Below, one piece after another: positions 26,913 through 36,743 of a DNA stretch of 64,000 nt. The position numbers and the translations under genes are program-made. Numbering within the stretch: position 1 is the first letter of the stretch; every line of letters starts with the position of its first letter. The DNA lies in the NCBI GenBank assembly GCA_052035175.1, contig JBPOHV010000001.1:366773-430772 (forward strand), read 5' to 3'. Source of the stretch: a candidate division WWE3 bacterium. GTDB taxonomy: Bacteria > Patescibacteriota > WWE3 > UBA101185 > UBA10185. Below the pieces are notes generated by a model. The model was not told where the DNA came from. It made no database searches and saw only the letters and a list, made by a program, of their open reading frames with translations.

Positions 26913-29171
26913 ATGAATAAAAAGACTGCCCATGTACTTTGGTTCGAACATATTCGAAAAACTGATATCCCACTCGTCGGGGGTAAAGGTGCAAATTTAG
27001 GCGAGATGTACCATGCTGGTATACCAGTACCAAATGGTTTTGTTGTAACTGCTAAAGCTTATTTTGACTTTCTGAAAACTACATCATTGCGAAAAAAAAT
27101 ATTGTCTGAAATATCAGGACTTGATGTCAACGACTCAAAAAAGTTGCAACAAGCTTCAAAGAATATCAAGACAGCTATTTTGGCGGCAAAAATGCCTGAA
27201 TCTTTGGAAGAAGAGATAAAAGCGCATTATCATGAATTATCAGGCGAGTACGATAAATTTGTTGCAGTTAGATCTTCTGCTACTGCGGAAGATTTACCCG
27301 ATGCGTCATTTGCAGGTCAACAAGAAACATATTTGAATATTAAGTCGGGTGTTGAAGTTGTAAAAAATGTTCAAAAATGCTGGGCTTCTTTATTTGAATC
27401 TCGTGCAATTTTTTATCGTACAGAAAAAGGATTTAGCCATTTTAAAATTGGTATAGCAGTTCCTGTACAATTGATGGTGCAGTCAGAAGTCTCTGGCATA
27501 ATGTTTACAGTCAACCCGCTAACAAATAGCCGTTCTGAGATTTCGATAGAGGCTGCTTATGGTTTGGGTCAACCAATAGTTTCTGGTGAGTTAACGCCAG
27601 ATCAATATTTGGTCAGTAAAAATACATGGGATATTTCGTATAAACATGTTGTTCCTCAAACATGGCAATTTGTCGGTACAAAAAAAGCTCCTGTTTCAAA
27701 AAAATATCAAAAAGAACAAAAGCTTGATGATAAGTTGATAGTACAATTAGCAAAGCTTGGGAAAAAAGTTGAAGATCACTACAATCACCCGCAAGATATG
27801 GAATGGGGACTTGAAAACAACAAATTATATGTTGTGCAAGCTCGCCCTGTTACTACACTAAATATTCCTACGCAAAGACATTTCTATGCATTAGATCCAT
27901 CAAAAGTTGGCAATCTATTATTAGAAGGTTTGTCTGCATCTCCTGGAATTGCGTCTGGTCCAGTTAGAATTATTAAAAACGCTAGCCAAATAAATGAAGT
28001 TTTAGATGGTGAGGTTTTAGTAGCTTCTATGACTAATCCCGACTATGTTCCCGCTATGAAGCGTGCACGCGCTATAGTTACTGACCTTGGAGGCAAAACA
28101 AGTCATGCTGCCATAGTAAGTAGAGAGTTGGGCGTACCAGCGGTAGTAGGAACTGAACAAGCTACAAAAGTACTACGTACTGGTGAAGTAATAACAATTG
28201 ATGGCTCGACTGGAAGAGTATACGAAGGAGATATTACTATTGAAGATAAAAATGCCGAAAAAGGCATGGATACAAGTACACTAAAAACAGCTACAAAAGT
28301 ATACGTTAACTTAGCAGAACCAGAATTAGCTGCTATTCAAGCTGCAAAGAATGTAGACGGTGTTGGTTTACTGCGAGCAGAATTTATAATTGCAAATATT
28401 GGTACGCATCCAAAAAAATACATCAAAGATGGGAAGTCAAAAGAATTCACAGATAAATTGGCCGAAGGTCTAGCCGAGTTTGCTAGAGAATTTAACCCGC
28501 GTCCGGTTGTATATCGTTTTACCGATTTTAAAACCAACGAATATGCTTCATTAAAAGGCGGGAGTGAATTTGAACATGAAGAACCAAATCCATTGATTGG
28601 TTACAGAGGTACTGGGCGTTATCTAGAAGACCCAGATGTTTTTAGATTAGAAATTGAAGCAATCAAACATGTACGAAATAAATTGGGGTACAAAAATCTT
28701 TGGGTAATGTTGCCTTTTGTTCGCACTATCACACAATTGCGAGAAGCAAAGAAGCTCATGGCGGCACATGGTTTGCGCAGAGGTGGGTTGTTTAAAGTAT
28801 GGATGATGGTAGAAATACCCTCCAATGTTTTAATGCTTGATGAATTTTTGAACGAAGGCATTGATGGTGTTTCTATAGGTACAAATGATTTAACCATGTT
28901 GATTTTGGGTGTAGATAGAGACAACCCACAAGTTGCTCATATATACAACGAACTCGATCCTGCCGTTTTGATGGCGCTGGAAAAAATAGTTACTACTTGC
29001 AGAAAACGCAAGGTAACGTGCTCTATGTGCGGTCAGGCTCCATCTCAGTATCCTGAGCTTGTTAAAATGTTGGTTGAGTGGGGAATAACTTCTATGTCTG
29101 TTTCACCAGACGTTATAGATAAAACTAGAGCTGTTGTTTATGAAATGGAAAAGAAAGTTAAACGCAAATAA
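26913..29171 (+). CDS. ppsA: Phosphoenolpyruvate synthase (pyruvate, water dikinase)
   Basis: N-terminus VLWFEHIRKTDIPLVGGKGANLGEM...PVPNGF closely matches the PpsA N-terminus. Phosphohistidine domain GGKTSHAAIVSRELGVPAVVG. C-terminal PEP-utilising TIM barrel. Confidence 0.9.
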   Translation: MNKKTAHVLWFEHIRKTDIPLVGGKGANLGEMYHAGIPVPNGFVVTAKAYFDFLKTTSLRKKILSEISGLDVNDSKKLQQASKNIKTAILAAKMPESLEEEIKAHYHELSGEYDKFVAVRSSATAEDLPDASFAGQQETYLNIKSGVEVVKNVQKCWASLFESRAIFYRTEKGFSHFKIGIAVPVQLMVQSEVSGIMFTVNPLTNSRSEISIEAAYGLGQPIVSGELTPDQYLVSKNTWDISYKHVVPQTWQFVGTKKAPVSKKYQKEQKLDDKLIVQLAKLGKKVEDHYNHPQDMEWGLENNKLYVVQARPVTTLNIPTQRHFYALDPSKVGNLLLEGLSASPGIASGPVRIIKNASQINEVLDGEVLVASMTNPDYVPAMKRARAIVTDLGGKTSHAAIVSRELGVPAVVGTEQATKVLRTGEVITIDGSTGRVYEGDITIEDKNAEKGMDTSTLKTATKVYVNLAEPELAAIQAAKNVDGVGLLRAEFIIANIGTHPKKYIKDGKSKEFTDKLAEGLAEFAREFNPRPVVYRFTDFKTNEYASLKGGSEFEHEEPNPLIGYRGTGRYLEDPDVFRLEIEAIKHVRNKLGYKNLWVMLPFVRTITQLREAKKLMAAHGLRRGGLFKVWMMVEIPSNVLMLDEFLNEGIDGVSIGTNDLTMLILGVDRDNPQVAHIYNELDPAVLMALEKIVTTCRKRKVTCSMCGQAPSQYPELVKMLVEWGITSMSVSPDVIDKTRAVVYEMEKKVKRK

Positions 29172-29183
29172 AACTTTCATTTT

Positions 29184-30419
29184 ATGCCCAAAATTGAATC
29201 AATAACATGTCACAAGATATTGAATAGTCGCGGTGATTGGACAATTTCTACAAAAGTTACACTAGACAACGGTGCATTTGGTGAACAAACAATTCCTGAA
29301 GGAGCTTCAAAGGGTGAGCACGAAGCCGCTTTCATTCCTGTAGAAAAAGCTATTGATGTAGTTTCTACTGCTTTAAACGATGCTATGTATGGCAAAGATC
29401 CATTTGATCAAAAAGGTATCGATGATTATTTAATTCGATTAGATGGAACCAAAAACAAGTCTCATTTAGGCGGAAACAGTATTTTGTCTGTTTCATTGGC
29501 AACAGCTAGGGCGTGCGCAATGTCTGAAGAACAAGAGCTTTATATGTATTTGGCCAAAGTTTTTGACAATAAGCTTTTGGATAACGACAATGTAACTTTT
29601 CCAACTCCGATTTTTAATATTCTCAATGGCGGTAAACACGCGCATAATAATCTGTCATTTCAAGAATTTATGGTGATTCCAGCGATGAAGTATTCTTATG
29701 ATAAAGCATTGCAAATTGGTGTCGACGTCTACCATTTGTTACAAAAATTGTTGATTAAGTATAACTTAGATACTGATGTCGGTGATGAAGGGGGTTTTGC
29801 TCCAAATGGTTTAAATGTTACTACTGCGCTCGATTACATCAAATTGGCTGCGATGCAAAAATATACGCCAGGTAAAGACGTTTTTTTTGGGATGGATATC
29901 GCTGCTGAATCTTTTTATGATAAAGATACAAAGCATTATGTCTTAAAAGAAGAAAGTGCCCATTTGCCCGGCGATTTGCTTTTGGCAAAATATATAGAGC
30001 TTTTGAATAAGTATGAAATCATTTATCTAGAAGACCCGTTTTATGAAAATGACTTGGATATGTGGAAAAAAGCGATGCATGCGCTTGATCACAAATTATT
30101 TGTGTGCGGTGATGACCTTGTTGTGACTAATCCAGTCTTTTTACAAAAAATTATTCAGCGCAAGCTTGCGAATTGTGTCATCGTCAAACCGAATCAAGTT
30201 GGCACTTTGTCAGAGACCTTTGAATTTATAAAGAATGCACAAGCTGCAAATATGAGTATTGTTGTATCTCATCGCAGTGGAGATACTGGTGAAGATACTT
30301 TTATTGCAGATCTTGCAGTAGCCGTGGGTGCTCAATTTATGAAGTCAGGTGCCCCTGTGCGCGGTGAGCGCGTGGTCAAATACAACAGGCTGTTAGATAT
30401 TTACAACGATTTTCATTGA
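29184..30419 (+). CDS. eno: Enolase
   Basis: IESITCHKILNSRGDWTISTKVTLDNGAFGEQTIPEGASKGEHEA and SHRSGDTGEDTFIADLAV motifs. Confidence 0.95.
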   Translation: MPKIESITCHKILNSRGDWTISTKVTLDNGAFGEQTIPEGASKGEHEAAFIPVEKAIDVVSTALNDAMYGKDPFDQKGIDDYLIRLDGTKNKSHLGGNSILSVSLATARACAMSEEQELYMYLAKVFDNKLLDNDNVTFPTPIFNILNGGKHAHNNLSFQEFMVIPAMKYSYDKALQIGVDVYHLLQKLLIKYNLDTDVGDEGGFAPNGLNVTTALDYIKLAAMQKYTPGKDVFFGMDIAAESFYDKDTKHYVLKEESAHLPGDLLLAKYIELLNKYEIIYLEDPFYENDLDMWKKAMHALDHKLFVCGDDLVVTNPVFLQKIIQRKLANCVIVKPNQVGTLSETFEFIKNAQAANMSIVVSHRSGDTGEDTFIADLAVAVGAQFMKSGAPVRGERVVKYNRLLDIYNDFH

Positions 30420-30497
30420 AGAGTTTCTACTTTTGCAGTCTTGTTGTTTCCAGCTTTTACCTGTTCTATCTGATATGGTTCTGTGTCTATTAATTTA

Positions 30498-31181
30498 TCA
30501 AATTTCATATGCTAAATAGTCTTGTCCTAATGGGGTCTCTACTGTTGCGGTTTCATCGTCAGACAAATGCTCGAAATAACGTCTGAAGCCTCTTATAGAA
30601 TTTCCATGGCATGAAACAGCTACATTGACTTTTGTATTTTTCATAAGTGGAACGATTTCATCGCAAAATTCTGCTACACGTTGGCATACGGCTTCGATAC
30701 TCTCGCCATCTTTTACAGCATATGTAAAAGAGCGTCTGATCATTTCTAATTTATCTGGGTCTTCTAAATAAAATTCTAGTTTACTTTTACCTTGCAATTC
30801 ACCATAGCTTCTTTCTCTTATTCTTTTATCTGTATTAATTTCGAGCGTCCAGGCATGTTCATTTTGAGATATTGCATGTTTCATAGTATCTATAGCCCGC
30901 GATTGAGGTGAAGAGATTAGCATATCTATTTTTTTATTAGATAATTTTGGAGCTAGTACTAAAGCTTGGTCTATACCTTTTTTAGTCAATCCTGGTTCAC
31001 GCCAACCGCTAAAAATAAAGTTTGCGTTGTCTTCGGTTTGGCCGTGTCTAAATATATAAAGAATTGGACGATTAGAAGACTCAAATTTTGGAAGCGGTTC
31101 TACATGTCTATAGCTCAAATAATCTATGGCTTTATCGACTGTTTCTTTTCCATATTTCTCGTAAAATGGCATTAGATCCAT
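30498..31181 (-). CDS. gpmA: Histidine phosphatase family protein, probably 2,3-BPG-dependent phosphoglycerate mutase
   Basis: LYIFRHGQTEDNANFIFSGW (RHG catalytic motif and the FxGW of dPGM). Adjacent to eno and pps. Confidence 0.65.
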   Translation of the reverse strand: MDLMPFYEKYGKETVDKAIDYLSYRHVEPLPKFESSNRPILYIFRHGQTEDNANFIFSGWREPGLTKKGIDQALVLAPKLSNKKIDMLISSPQSRAIDTMKHAISQNEHAWTLEINTDKRIRERSYGELQGKSKLEFYLEDPDKLEMIRRSFTYAVKDGESIEAVCQRVAEFCDEIVPLMKNTKVNVAVSCHGNSIRGFRRYFEHLSDDETATVETPLGQDYLAYEI

Positions 31182-31209
31182 GCATATATGGTATCATTTC
31201 TTTTATATT

Positions 31210-31890
31210 ATGAGCATTATTGGTCAAGTAATAAGCTTTTTGGAAATTTTATCTCTAAAAGTACCTGTTTTAATTTTTGTATTTATAGGTGGTTTACTCG
31301 AAGAAATCGTCGCTCCAATTCCTTCTCCTTTGGTCATGTCGGCTACGGGAACTTTAATAAATACACAGCAAAAGGGTGTACTCTTTCTTTTACTCGCCGG
31401 TCTAGTTGGTAGTGTAGCCAAAACTATTGGTTGCTGGTTTTGGTACGTTTTAGCAGATAAAGGTGAAGATTTTATACTTTCTAGGTTTGGTAAATATATA
31501 GGCTTTAGCCATAAAGAAGTAGAATCAATTGGTAAACATTTTAAAAACAGCGAAAATGATTTTTTGATACTACTGTTAACGCGTGCAATTCCACTTATGC
31601 CTACAACACCTGTCTCTGTTGTCGCGGGCATAATTAAGCTTGATATGAAGAAGTATTTATTAGCTAGCTTTGCAGGTAATTTTATAAGAAATATGATGTT
31701 TTTGTACATCGGTTATGTCGGAGGAGAAGCTTACAAAGATTTACTCAATGGTTTAAGCAATATAGAATCGTTAGTGCAAATTATAATCGGTTTGATTTTA
31801 GTAGGTTTTGTAGGTTATGTGTATTGGAAGAGAAATAAGACCAGTGATCCTATTCAAGATTTTTTCAACAAGTTTGTAAAGAAAAAATAA
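31210..31890 (+). CDS. DedA/SNARE-associated (VTT domain) membrane protein
   Basis: Multi-TM protein with EEIVAPIPSP...LLAGLVGS...WFWY pattern typical of the DedA family. Start placed at ATG 31210. Confidence 0.65.
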   Translation: MSIIGQVISFLEILSLKVPVLIFVFIGGLLEEIVAPIPSPLVMSATGTLINTQQKGVLFLLLAGLVGSVAKTIGCWFWYVLADKGEDFILSRFGKYIGFSHKEVESIGKHFKNSENDFLILLLTRAIPLMPTTPVSVVAGIIKLDMKKYLLASFAGNFIRNMMFLYIGYVGGEAYKDLLNGLSNIESLVQIIIGLILVGFVGYVYWKRNKTSDPIQDFFNKFVKKK

Positions 31891-31905
31891 CTTGTGAAGA
31901 AGTAA

Positions 31906-32535
31906 TTAAGAATATCTTCTAACAACTCCAGTTACTTTACCTTGTACTTGTAAATTTTCAGCGTCTACATATATAGGTGCCATATTTTTGTTTGCGGGTT
32001 GCAACCTAATTTGACCATTTTTTTCTCTATAAAAAGTTTTGAGCGTAGCAAAGTTGTTATCGATCAAAGCTACTACTATATCGCCATCGTTGGCGGTTTC
32101 TTGTTGTTGTATAACAACATGATCTCCATCAAAGATACCCATATCAATCATGGAGTCACCTCTGACTTGTAACACATAACTTCTTCGATTTTTTGAAACC
32201 ATGTCGCTAGAGACCAAAACTGTTTCATATTGGTTTTCGTTTGCTTCAATAGGTTCTCCAGCTGCAATGAATCCCATTAGTGGAAGCTCTATCGAGTTAA
32301 GCGACGCGTTGTAAGACATGTCTGTAATTTCTATACCTCTTACAGCGCCATCATAGCGTTTGATAACGCCTTTCTTTTCTAAGGTTTGTAGGTGTTCGTG
32401 GACTGTAGCTAAGGAAGAAAGGCTCATAGCATCTGCGATTTCTCGAAGAGTAGGGGAGCTGTTGTTAACTTGTATATACTGAGAAATGTATTCTATTATT
32501 TGTTTTTGTTTTTTATATAAAGTTATAGGACTCAT
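31906..32535 (-). CDS. lexA: LexA repressor
   Basis: N-terminal wHTH (SPTLREIADAMSLSSLATVHEHLQTLEKKGVI) plus the S24 autopeptidase domain (Ser in VRGDSMIDMGIFDGD, Lys in ATLKTF). Confidence 0.9.
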   Translation of the reverse strand: MSPITLYKKQKQIIEYISQYIQVNNSSPTLREIADAMSLSSLATVHEHLQTLEKKGVIKRYDGAVRGIEITDMSYNASLNSIELPLMGFIAAGEPIEANENQYETVLVSSDMVSKNRRSYVLQVRGDSMIDMGIFDGDHVVIQQQETANDGDIVVALIDNNFATLKTFYREKNGQIRLQPANKNMAPIYVDAENLQVQGKVTGVVRRYS

Positions 32536-32547
32536 ATGTTATTAGAG

Positions 32548-32573
32548 TACCGAAAGTAACCCGAATATGTCAA
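32548..32573 (-). promoter_or_regulatory. lexA promoter with candidate SOS operator (ATATTCGGGTTAC-TTTCGG) between -35 TTGACA and the -10
   Basis: Minus-strand reading: TTGACATATTCGGGTTACTTTCGGTACTCTAAT...ATG. The TTCGGG core is shared with the uvrB and uvrA regions. Confidence 0.5.
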
Positions 32574-32588
32574 GGGGGAATTTTATAT

Positions 32589-32612
32589 AGGGCTAAGCCT
32601 GGTTAAACCCTA
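32589..32612. repeat. GC-rich palindromic element GGGCTAAGCC-TGG-TTAAACCC
   Basis: Same family as 19175 and 19797. Left boundary of the GC-rich cassette. Confidence 0.65.
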
Positions 32613-32687
32613 TATTAGTCTGATACAAATTGTACTATAATTGTACTATTTGGCTGTTTTGGCTTATAATTGCTTTAGCAATCTTCT

Positions 32688-32707
32688 GGGATGCGGAGGC
32701 GTCAAGG
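32688..32707. repeat. Left arm of 20-bp inverted repeat flanking the small secreted-protein ORF
   Basis: GGGATGCGGAGGCGTCAAGG. Its partner is CAAGGATGCCTCCGCATCCCC at 33058-33078 (18 of 20 complementary). Confidence 0.65.
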
Positions 32708-32722
32708 AAAAGGAGGTTTGAT

Positions 32723-33046
32723 ATGAAATTCATTAAGGGTGCAGTTTTTGCACTCTTTTTAATTCTCATAGCTGGGATGGCGGTGCAAGCCGCTGCCCAG
32801 CCTGCACGCGATAGCGTGCAAATCACACTCGCCAGCGGTGTCGCTGGTGAGATCACTGAAAAAACTGTGAGCTGCGGAAAAGTGCAGCTTACTTTTTTTT
32901 CAGACAATACACTTTTCGCCCCTGGAGTACGGGGCGAAAGAGGAAAGCTGATTTTCGAAGGGGGAATTGAACTTACGGTCACCGTCCAAAACTTGGACGG
33001 TGGTATAAAGTACACTGCGACCTCAGTCGGGTGTACTTTTAATTAA
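32723..33046 (+). CDS. Small secreted protein (signal peptide, two Cys), GC-rich cassette gene
   Basis: Strong RBS AAGGAGG 6 nt upstream of the ATG. Signal peptide MKFIKGAVFALFLILIAGMAVQAAAQ. The ORF is flanked by a 20-bp inverted repeat. Confidence 0.5.
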   Translation: MKFIKGAVFALFLILIAGMAVQAAAQPARDSVQITLASGVAGEITEKTVSCGKVQLTFFSDNTLFAPGVRGERGKLIFEGGIELTVTVQNLDGGIKYTATSVGCTFN

Positions 33047-33057
33047 GTTTCAAATCA

Positions 33058-33078
33058 CAAGGATGCCTCCGCATCCCC
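33058..33078. repeat. Right arm of the inverted repeat flanking the small secreted-protein ORF
   Basis: See 32688-32707. Confidence 0.65.
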
Positions 33079-33091
33079 CTTCGTACTAATA

Positions 33092-33111
33092 GGGTTTAAC
33101 CAGGTTTAACC
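33092..33111. repeat. GC-rich palindromic element GGGTTTAACC-AGG-TTTAACC (reverse orientation of 32589 copy)
   Basis: Near reverse-complement of 32591-32610. Confidence 0.6.
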
Positions 33112-33190
33112 TTTTAATCTTATTATCCAATTTATGCTAATCATTGCTACTAGCGTATGCTATTAGAAGTAAACATAGGTAGTTGTGCGA

Positions 33191-33213
33191 CAGGCTTAGC
33201 CTGGCCTAGCCCT
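33191..33213. repeat. GC-rich palindromic element AGGCTTAGCC-TGG-CCTAGCCC
   Basis: Same family. Right boundary, just upstream of uvrB. Confidence 0.65.
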
Positions 33214-33227
33214 TAGGTCATATGTTA

Positions 33228-33250
33228 GAATGTTCGGGATATGTTCGATA
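33228..33250 (+). promoter_or_regulatory. Candidate SOS operator at uvrB: GAATGTTCGGGATATGTTCGATA, overlapping -10 TAGAAT and the start codon
   Basis: TTCGGG core plus a second GTTCG half 11 bp downstream. TAGAAT at 33226-33231. Confidence 0.45.
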
Positions 33251-35316
33251 TTTTTTCATCTTATTCACCAACAGGAGATCAGCCAACGGCAATAGACCAG
33301 CTTACTAAAGGAGTACTTGGTGGTGTTAAAAACCAAACATTATTAGGAGTAACCGGTAGCGGTAAAACATTTACAATAGCAAACGTTATAAAAAATGTTT
33401 CAAAACCTACACTTATACTTTCACACAATAAAACTTTGGCTGCACAGCTTTATCAAGAGTTCAGAGAATTTTTTCCGAATAATGCAGTTGAATACTTTGT
33501 AAGCTATTATGACTATTATCAGCCAGAAAGTTATATCCCATCTACAGATACTTATATAGAAAAAGACGCAGATATAAACGACATGATTGATCGACTTAGG
33601 CTGTCTGCGACTACATCGTTGATGACGCGCAAAGACGTTATTGTAATTTCTTCAGTTTCTTGCATTTATAATCTTGGTTCACCTGCAGAATATTCAAAAA
33701 TGGCTATCGAAGTACGTAAAGGTATGAAGATACGTGCTGTCGATTTACTCAAAAGACTTTCACAAATATATTACGAACGTAATGAGTTTGAGTTTAAGCG
33801 CGGTACATATCGTGTGCGCGGTGATGTCATAGATATATTTCCAGCATATGTAGAGTATGCAGTGCGGTTGGAAATATTTGATGATATTTTGGTAAATGCT
33901 TCATTCTTTGATCCTTTGACTGGTGACGCGTTAAATACTGTAGGTGCTCCAAGTACAAGACAAGGCAGCCATACTCGGTCTGTTACTCAGGATGAAAAAG
34001 ATTATGCTCTGCATCGTTTGAATGAAAGTGGGCTTATTTTAATATATCCAGCCAAACACTATATTGCTGCAGAAGATAGGCGAGAATCGGCAATTGAACA
34101 AATTAAATCTGATTTAGCTTTACGCTTACAAGACTTGAAGCAGCAAGGAAGAAGCATCGAAGCTTATCGCCTTGAGCAAAGAACAAATTATGATTTGGAA
34201 ATGATGGAAGAAATAGGTTACTGCAAAGGCATTGAAAACTATTCTAGATATTTCGACGGACGAAACCCTGGTGATACACCTTATTCTTTGTTGGAGTTCT
34301 TTCCAAAAGATTATTTGTTAGTAATAGATGAGTCACATATAACTGTACCTCAAGTAAGAGGTATGTATAACGGTGATCGTTCGCGTAAGCAAACACTTAT
34401 AGATTATGGGTTTAGACTGCCATCGGCTTTGGATAACAGGCCACTAAACTTCACAGAATTTATGTCAAAGCTCAATCAAGCTATATATATAAGCGCGACT
34501 CCTTCAGAATGGGAGTTGAGTATGTCTGCAGGACATGTAGCTGAGCAATTGATTAGGCCAACAGGTATAGTTGACCCGGAAGTTACTATTTTGCCAACTC
34601 AAAATCAGATACACGATTTGTTAGATCGCATTAAAGCAAAAGTTGCAAATAATCAAAGAGTTTTGGTGACTACTTTGACTAAAAAAATGTCTGAAGAGTT
34701 GGCATCTTTTTTGACTGAAAAAGGTATTAAGGTTACTTATTTGCATTCTGATGTAGAAACTTTGGAACGGACAAATATTTTGGATGATTTGCGAAAAGGT
34801 GAGTATGACGTTTTGGTAGGCATAAACCTTTTGCGCGAAGGTTTGGATTTACCAGAAGTTTCTTTGGTAGCAATTTTGGATGCTGATAAAGAAGGCTTCT
34901 TGAGATCTGATACTTCCTTGATTCAAACTATGGGACGTGCGGCGCGCCACTTGCAAGGCGAAGTCGTGATGTATGCTGATAGTGTAACTGGCAGTATGCA
35001 GCGTGCGCTCGACGAAGTGGCGCGCCGCCGTGAAATCCAAAGAGCATACAACGAAAAACACCATATATCTCCAACTCAAATCTTCAAACCAATACGCCAA
35101 AAGTTAATCGATGAATATGTCGAGGAAATTGTTAATAAAGCTAAGAAATTTGAGACCGATGTAGATTATAAATCTATGCCACCAAAAGAAGTAAATAAAG
35201 AGGTAAAACGCATGGAAGCCGAAATGAAACTTGAAGCCGAGAATTTAAACTTTGAACGCGCAGCTGCTTTGCGAGATAAAATAAGAGAAATTAAAGGCTA
35301 TTTATCCAAGCAATAG
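33241..35316 (+). CDS. uvrB: Excinuclease ABC subunit B
   Basis: N-terminus SPTGDQPTAIDQL, Walker A GVTGSGKT, helicase motifs, C-terminal UVR domain (AENLNFERAAALRDKI). Confidence 0.95.
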   Translation: MFDIFSSYSPTGDQPTAIDQLTKGVLGGVKNQTLLGVTGSGKTFTIANVIKNVSKPTLILSHNKTLAAQLYQEFREFFPNNAVEYFVSYYDYYQPESYIPSTDTYIEKDADINDMIDRLRLSATTSLMTRKDVIVISSVSCIYNLGSPAEYSKMAIEVRKGMKIRAVDLLKRLSQIYYERNEFEFKRGTYRVRGDVIDIFPAYVEYAVRLEIFDDILVNASFFDPLTGDALNTVGAPSTRQGSHTRSVTQDEKDYALHRLNESGLILIYPAKHYIAAEDRRESAIEQIKSDLALRLQDLKQQGRSIEAYRLEQRTNYDLEMMEEIGYCKGIENYSRYFDGRNPGDTPYSLLEFFPKDYLLVIDESHITVPQVRGMYNGDRSRKQTLIDYGFRLPSALDNRPLNFTEFMSKLNQAIYISATPSEWELSMSAGHVAEQLIRPTGIVDPEVTILPTQNQIHDLLDRIKAKVANNQRVLVTTLTKKMSEELASFLTEKGIKVTYLHSDVETLERTNILDDLRKGEYDVLVGINLLREGLDLPEVSLVAILDADKEGFLRSDTSLIQTMGRAARHLQGEVVMYADSVTGSMQRALDEVARRREIQRAYNEKHHISPTQIFKPIRQKLIDEYVEEIVNKAKKFETDVDYKSMPPKEVNKEVKRMEAEMKLEAENLNFERAAALRDKIREIKGYLSKQ

Positions 35317-35337
35317 TATTATTAGTATAATAATCAT

Positions 35338-36741
35338 ATGCCTAACCACACAAAGTATGGTGATCTTTTTGGAGATAGTATGCCGGCAGAGGCGCATAGA
35401 CCTGCCAGATATTATTTTGCGCATGGTCAGCCGGTAGAGCGTTGGGAGGCTGAGCTGTTGGTTACTCCAGAAGTTCTAGATATTACGCAGAAGTTAGCTG
35501 GTGATGGCTCTGCAGTTTTAGCTGGAGGTACTGGCTTATATGCTACCTATGGCGGAAATATTCATAAAAGAGATTACGATATTACAGTTGCTGATTTACC
35601 TTTAACTGCCAACTCCACATTAGCATCATTAGGTTATGCGTATGTTTCTGGTGATTATGCTCAGCGATACAAAAAGGGGAATGTAACAATAGATATATTA
35701 AGTGCTAAACGTGTAGCTGATGCTAGTATACATGAGTTAACTAGCTTAAAATCCCAGTTACTTCAATTATCACTGCCAGGGGATGTAATGTCTAAAGCAC
35801 TTGAGCAAATTGTACGTTCAGAAAAGCTGTTGCTATCCAATGTGCTCGAATATCAAATGCGTGCGAATTGTTTTTTCAATATCGAGTTATTGGGGTATGG
35901 AGTTGATAATGCAGGGGCTATTTCTGTATTTGATGCAGGGCACATCCTTCAGGATCCAAATGAGATACACAGCTTGGATCATGCTTATAAAGCTGGCACG
36001 TTGCCGCATGCTCCTAGATACACCGTAAATACGTATTCAACGCGTAATACATTCACACAATTAATTACTGCTACAGCTGGTTCTGAACACCCACTAATGT
36101 TCACCTCAGATATGATTATGTGGTACCTAGAGAATTATGGTAGAAGCATGAGTAAATGTGCAAAAAATGATGCATCTCTTCCTTACAGTCAGTCGGCGTA
36201 TATCGACTATACTACTATTATAGATCTTGTTTTAAAAGGTGACGCACCATTTAAAGTTTCTAAGGATCTTTTAGATAAATTGCAAACTCGAGGTTTTTCA
36301 TCTTTAGAGAGTTTTGTACGTGCAAATATATGTCGCCATTTTGTGCAAGCTTTTATTTATAACCCAGAAAAGGCTATAGAGTTTTTATTTACTGAAGGGG
36401 ATATTGTTGCACCAGCACTTATGCCTAGTGTAGCATTAGGTGAAGGTGATCATAGAAGGACTACACGTGTAAGCATGTTGAGTTTGGCGGAAAAGGCCTT
36501 TCCTAAAAAGAAAGTTTGGGCGAGAGTTCCTGAATTTAGCTCCTCGCATCATCTTCAAACTGAAAAGTATGTACACTTACCGCAAAGTGTAGAACAGGCA
36601 CTGGCATTTTTATTGGTTGGGTTAAATGCAGGTGATTCTGTTGATGAGCTTTTAGCTTATTGGGCATCGATTGAAGGATTTAAAATGAATATAGATAAAA
36701 CTGAAATTGAAAAAGCTATGGTAGCTTTTAAAAAGTTATAA
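35338..36741 (+). CDS. hypothetical protein, possible nucleotidyltransferase-fold domain
   Basis: Segment LAGGTGLYATYGGNIHKRDYDITVAD fits the minimal pol-beta NTase pattern [GS]-x(9-13)-DhDhhh. The remaining ~380 aa have no recognisable motif. Locally GC-richer. Confidence 0.45.
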   Translation: MPNHTKYGDLFGDSMPAEAHRPARYYFAHGQPVERWEAELLVTPEVLDITQKLAGDGSAVLAGGTGLYATYGGNIHKRDYDITVADLPLTANSTLASLGYAYVSGDYAQRYKKGNVTIDILSAKRVADASIHELTSLKSQLLQLSLPGDVMSKALEQIVRSEKLLLSNVLEYQMRANCFFNIELLGYGVDNAGAISVFDAGHILQDPNEIHSLDHAYKAGTLPHAPRYTVNTYSTRNTFTQLITATAGSEHPLMFTSDMIMWYLENYGRSMSKCAKNDASLPYSQSAYIDYTTIIDLVLKGDAPFKVSKDLLDKLQTRGFSSLESFVRANICRHFVQAFIYNPEKAIEFLFTEGDIVAPALMPSVALGEGDHRRTTRVSMLSLAEKAFPKKKVWARVPEFSSSHHLQTEKYVHLPQSVEQALAFLLVGLNAGDSVDELLAYWASIEGFKMNIDKTEIEKAMVAFKKL

Positions 36742-36743
36742 TT

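Noticed and set aside
26930-26945. T-loop-like GGTTCGAA sequence, suggesting a tRNA
   Set aside because: It lies inside ppsA coding sequence (LWFEHIRK) with no acceptor-stem complementarity around it. No convincing tRNA was seen in any intergenic gap.
32630-32722. N-terminal extension MYYNCTIW... of the small secreted-protein ORF
   Set aside because: The extension contains the TATAAT -10 and the left inverted-repeat arm. A strong AAGGAGG RBS precedes the internal ATG 32723, which starts a perfect signal peptide.
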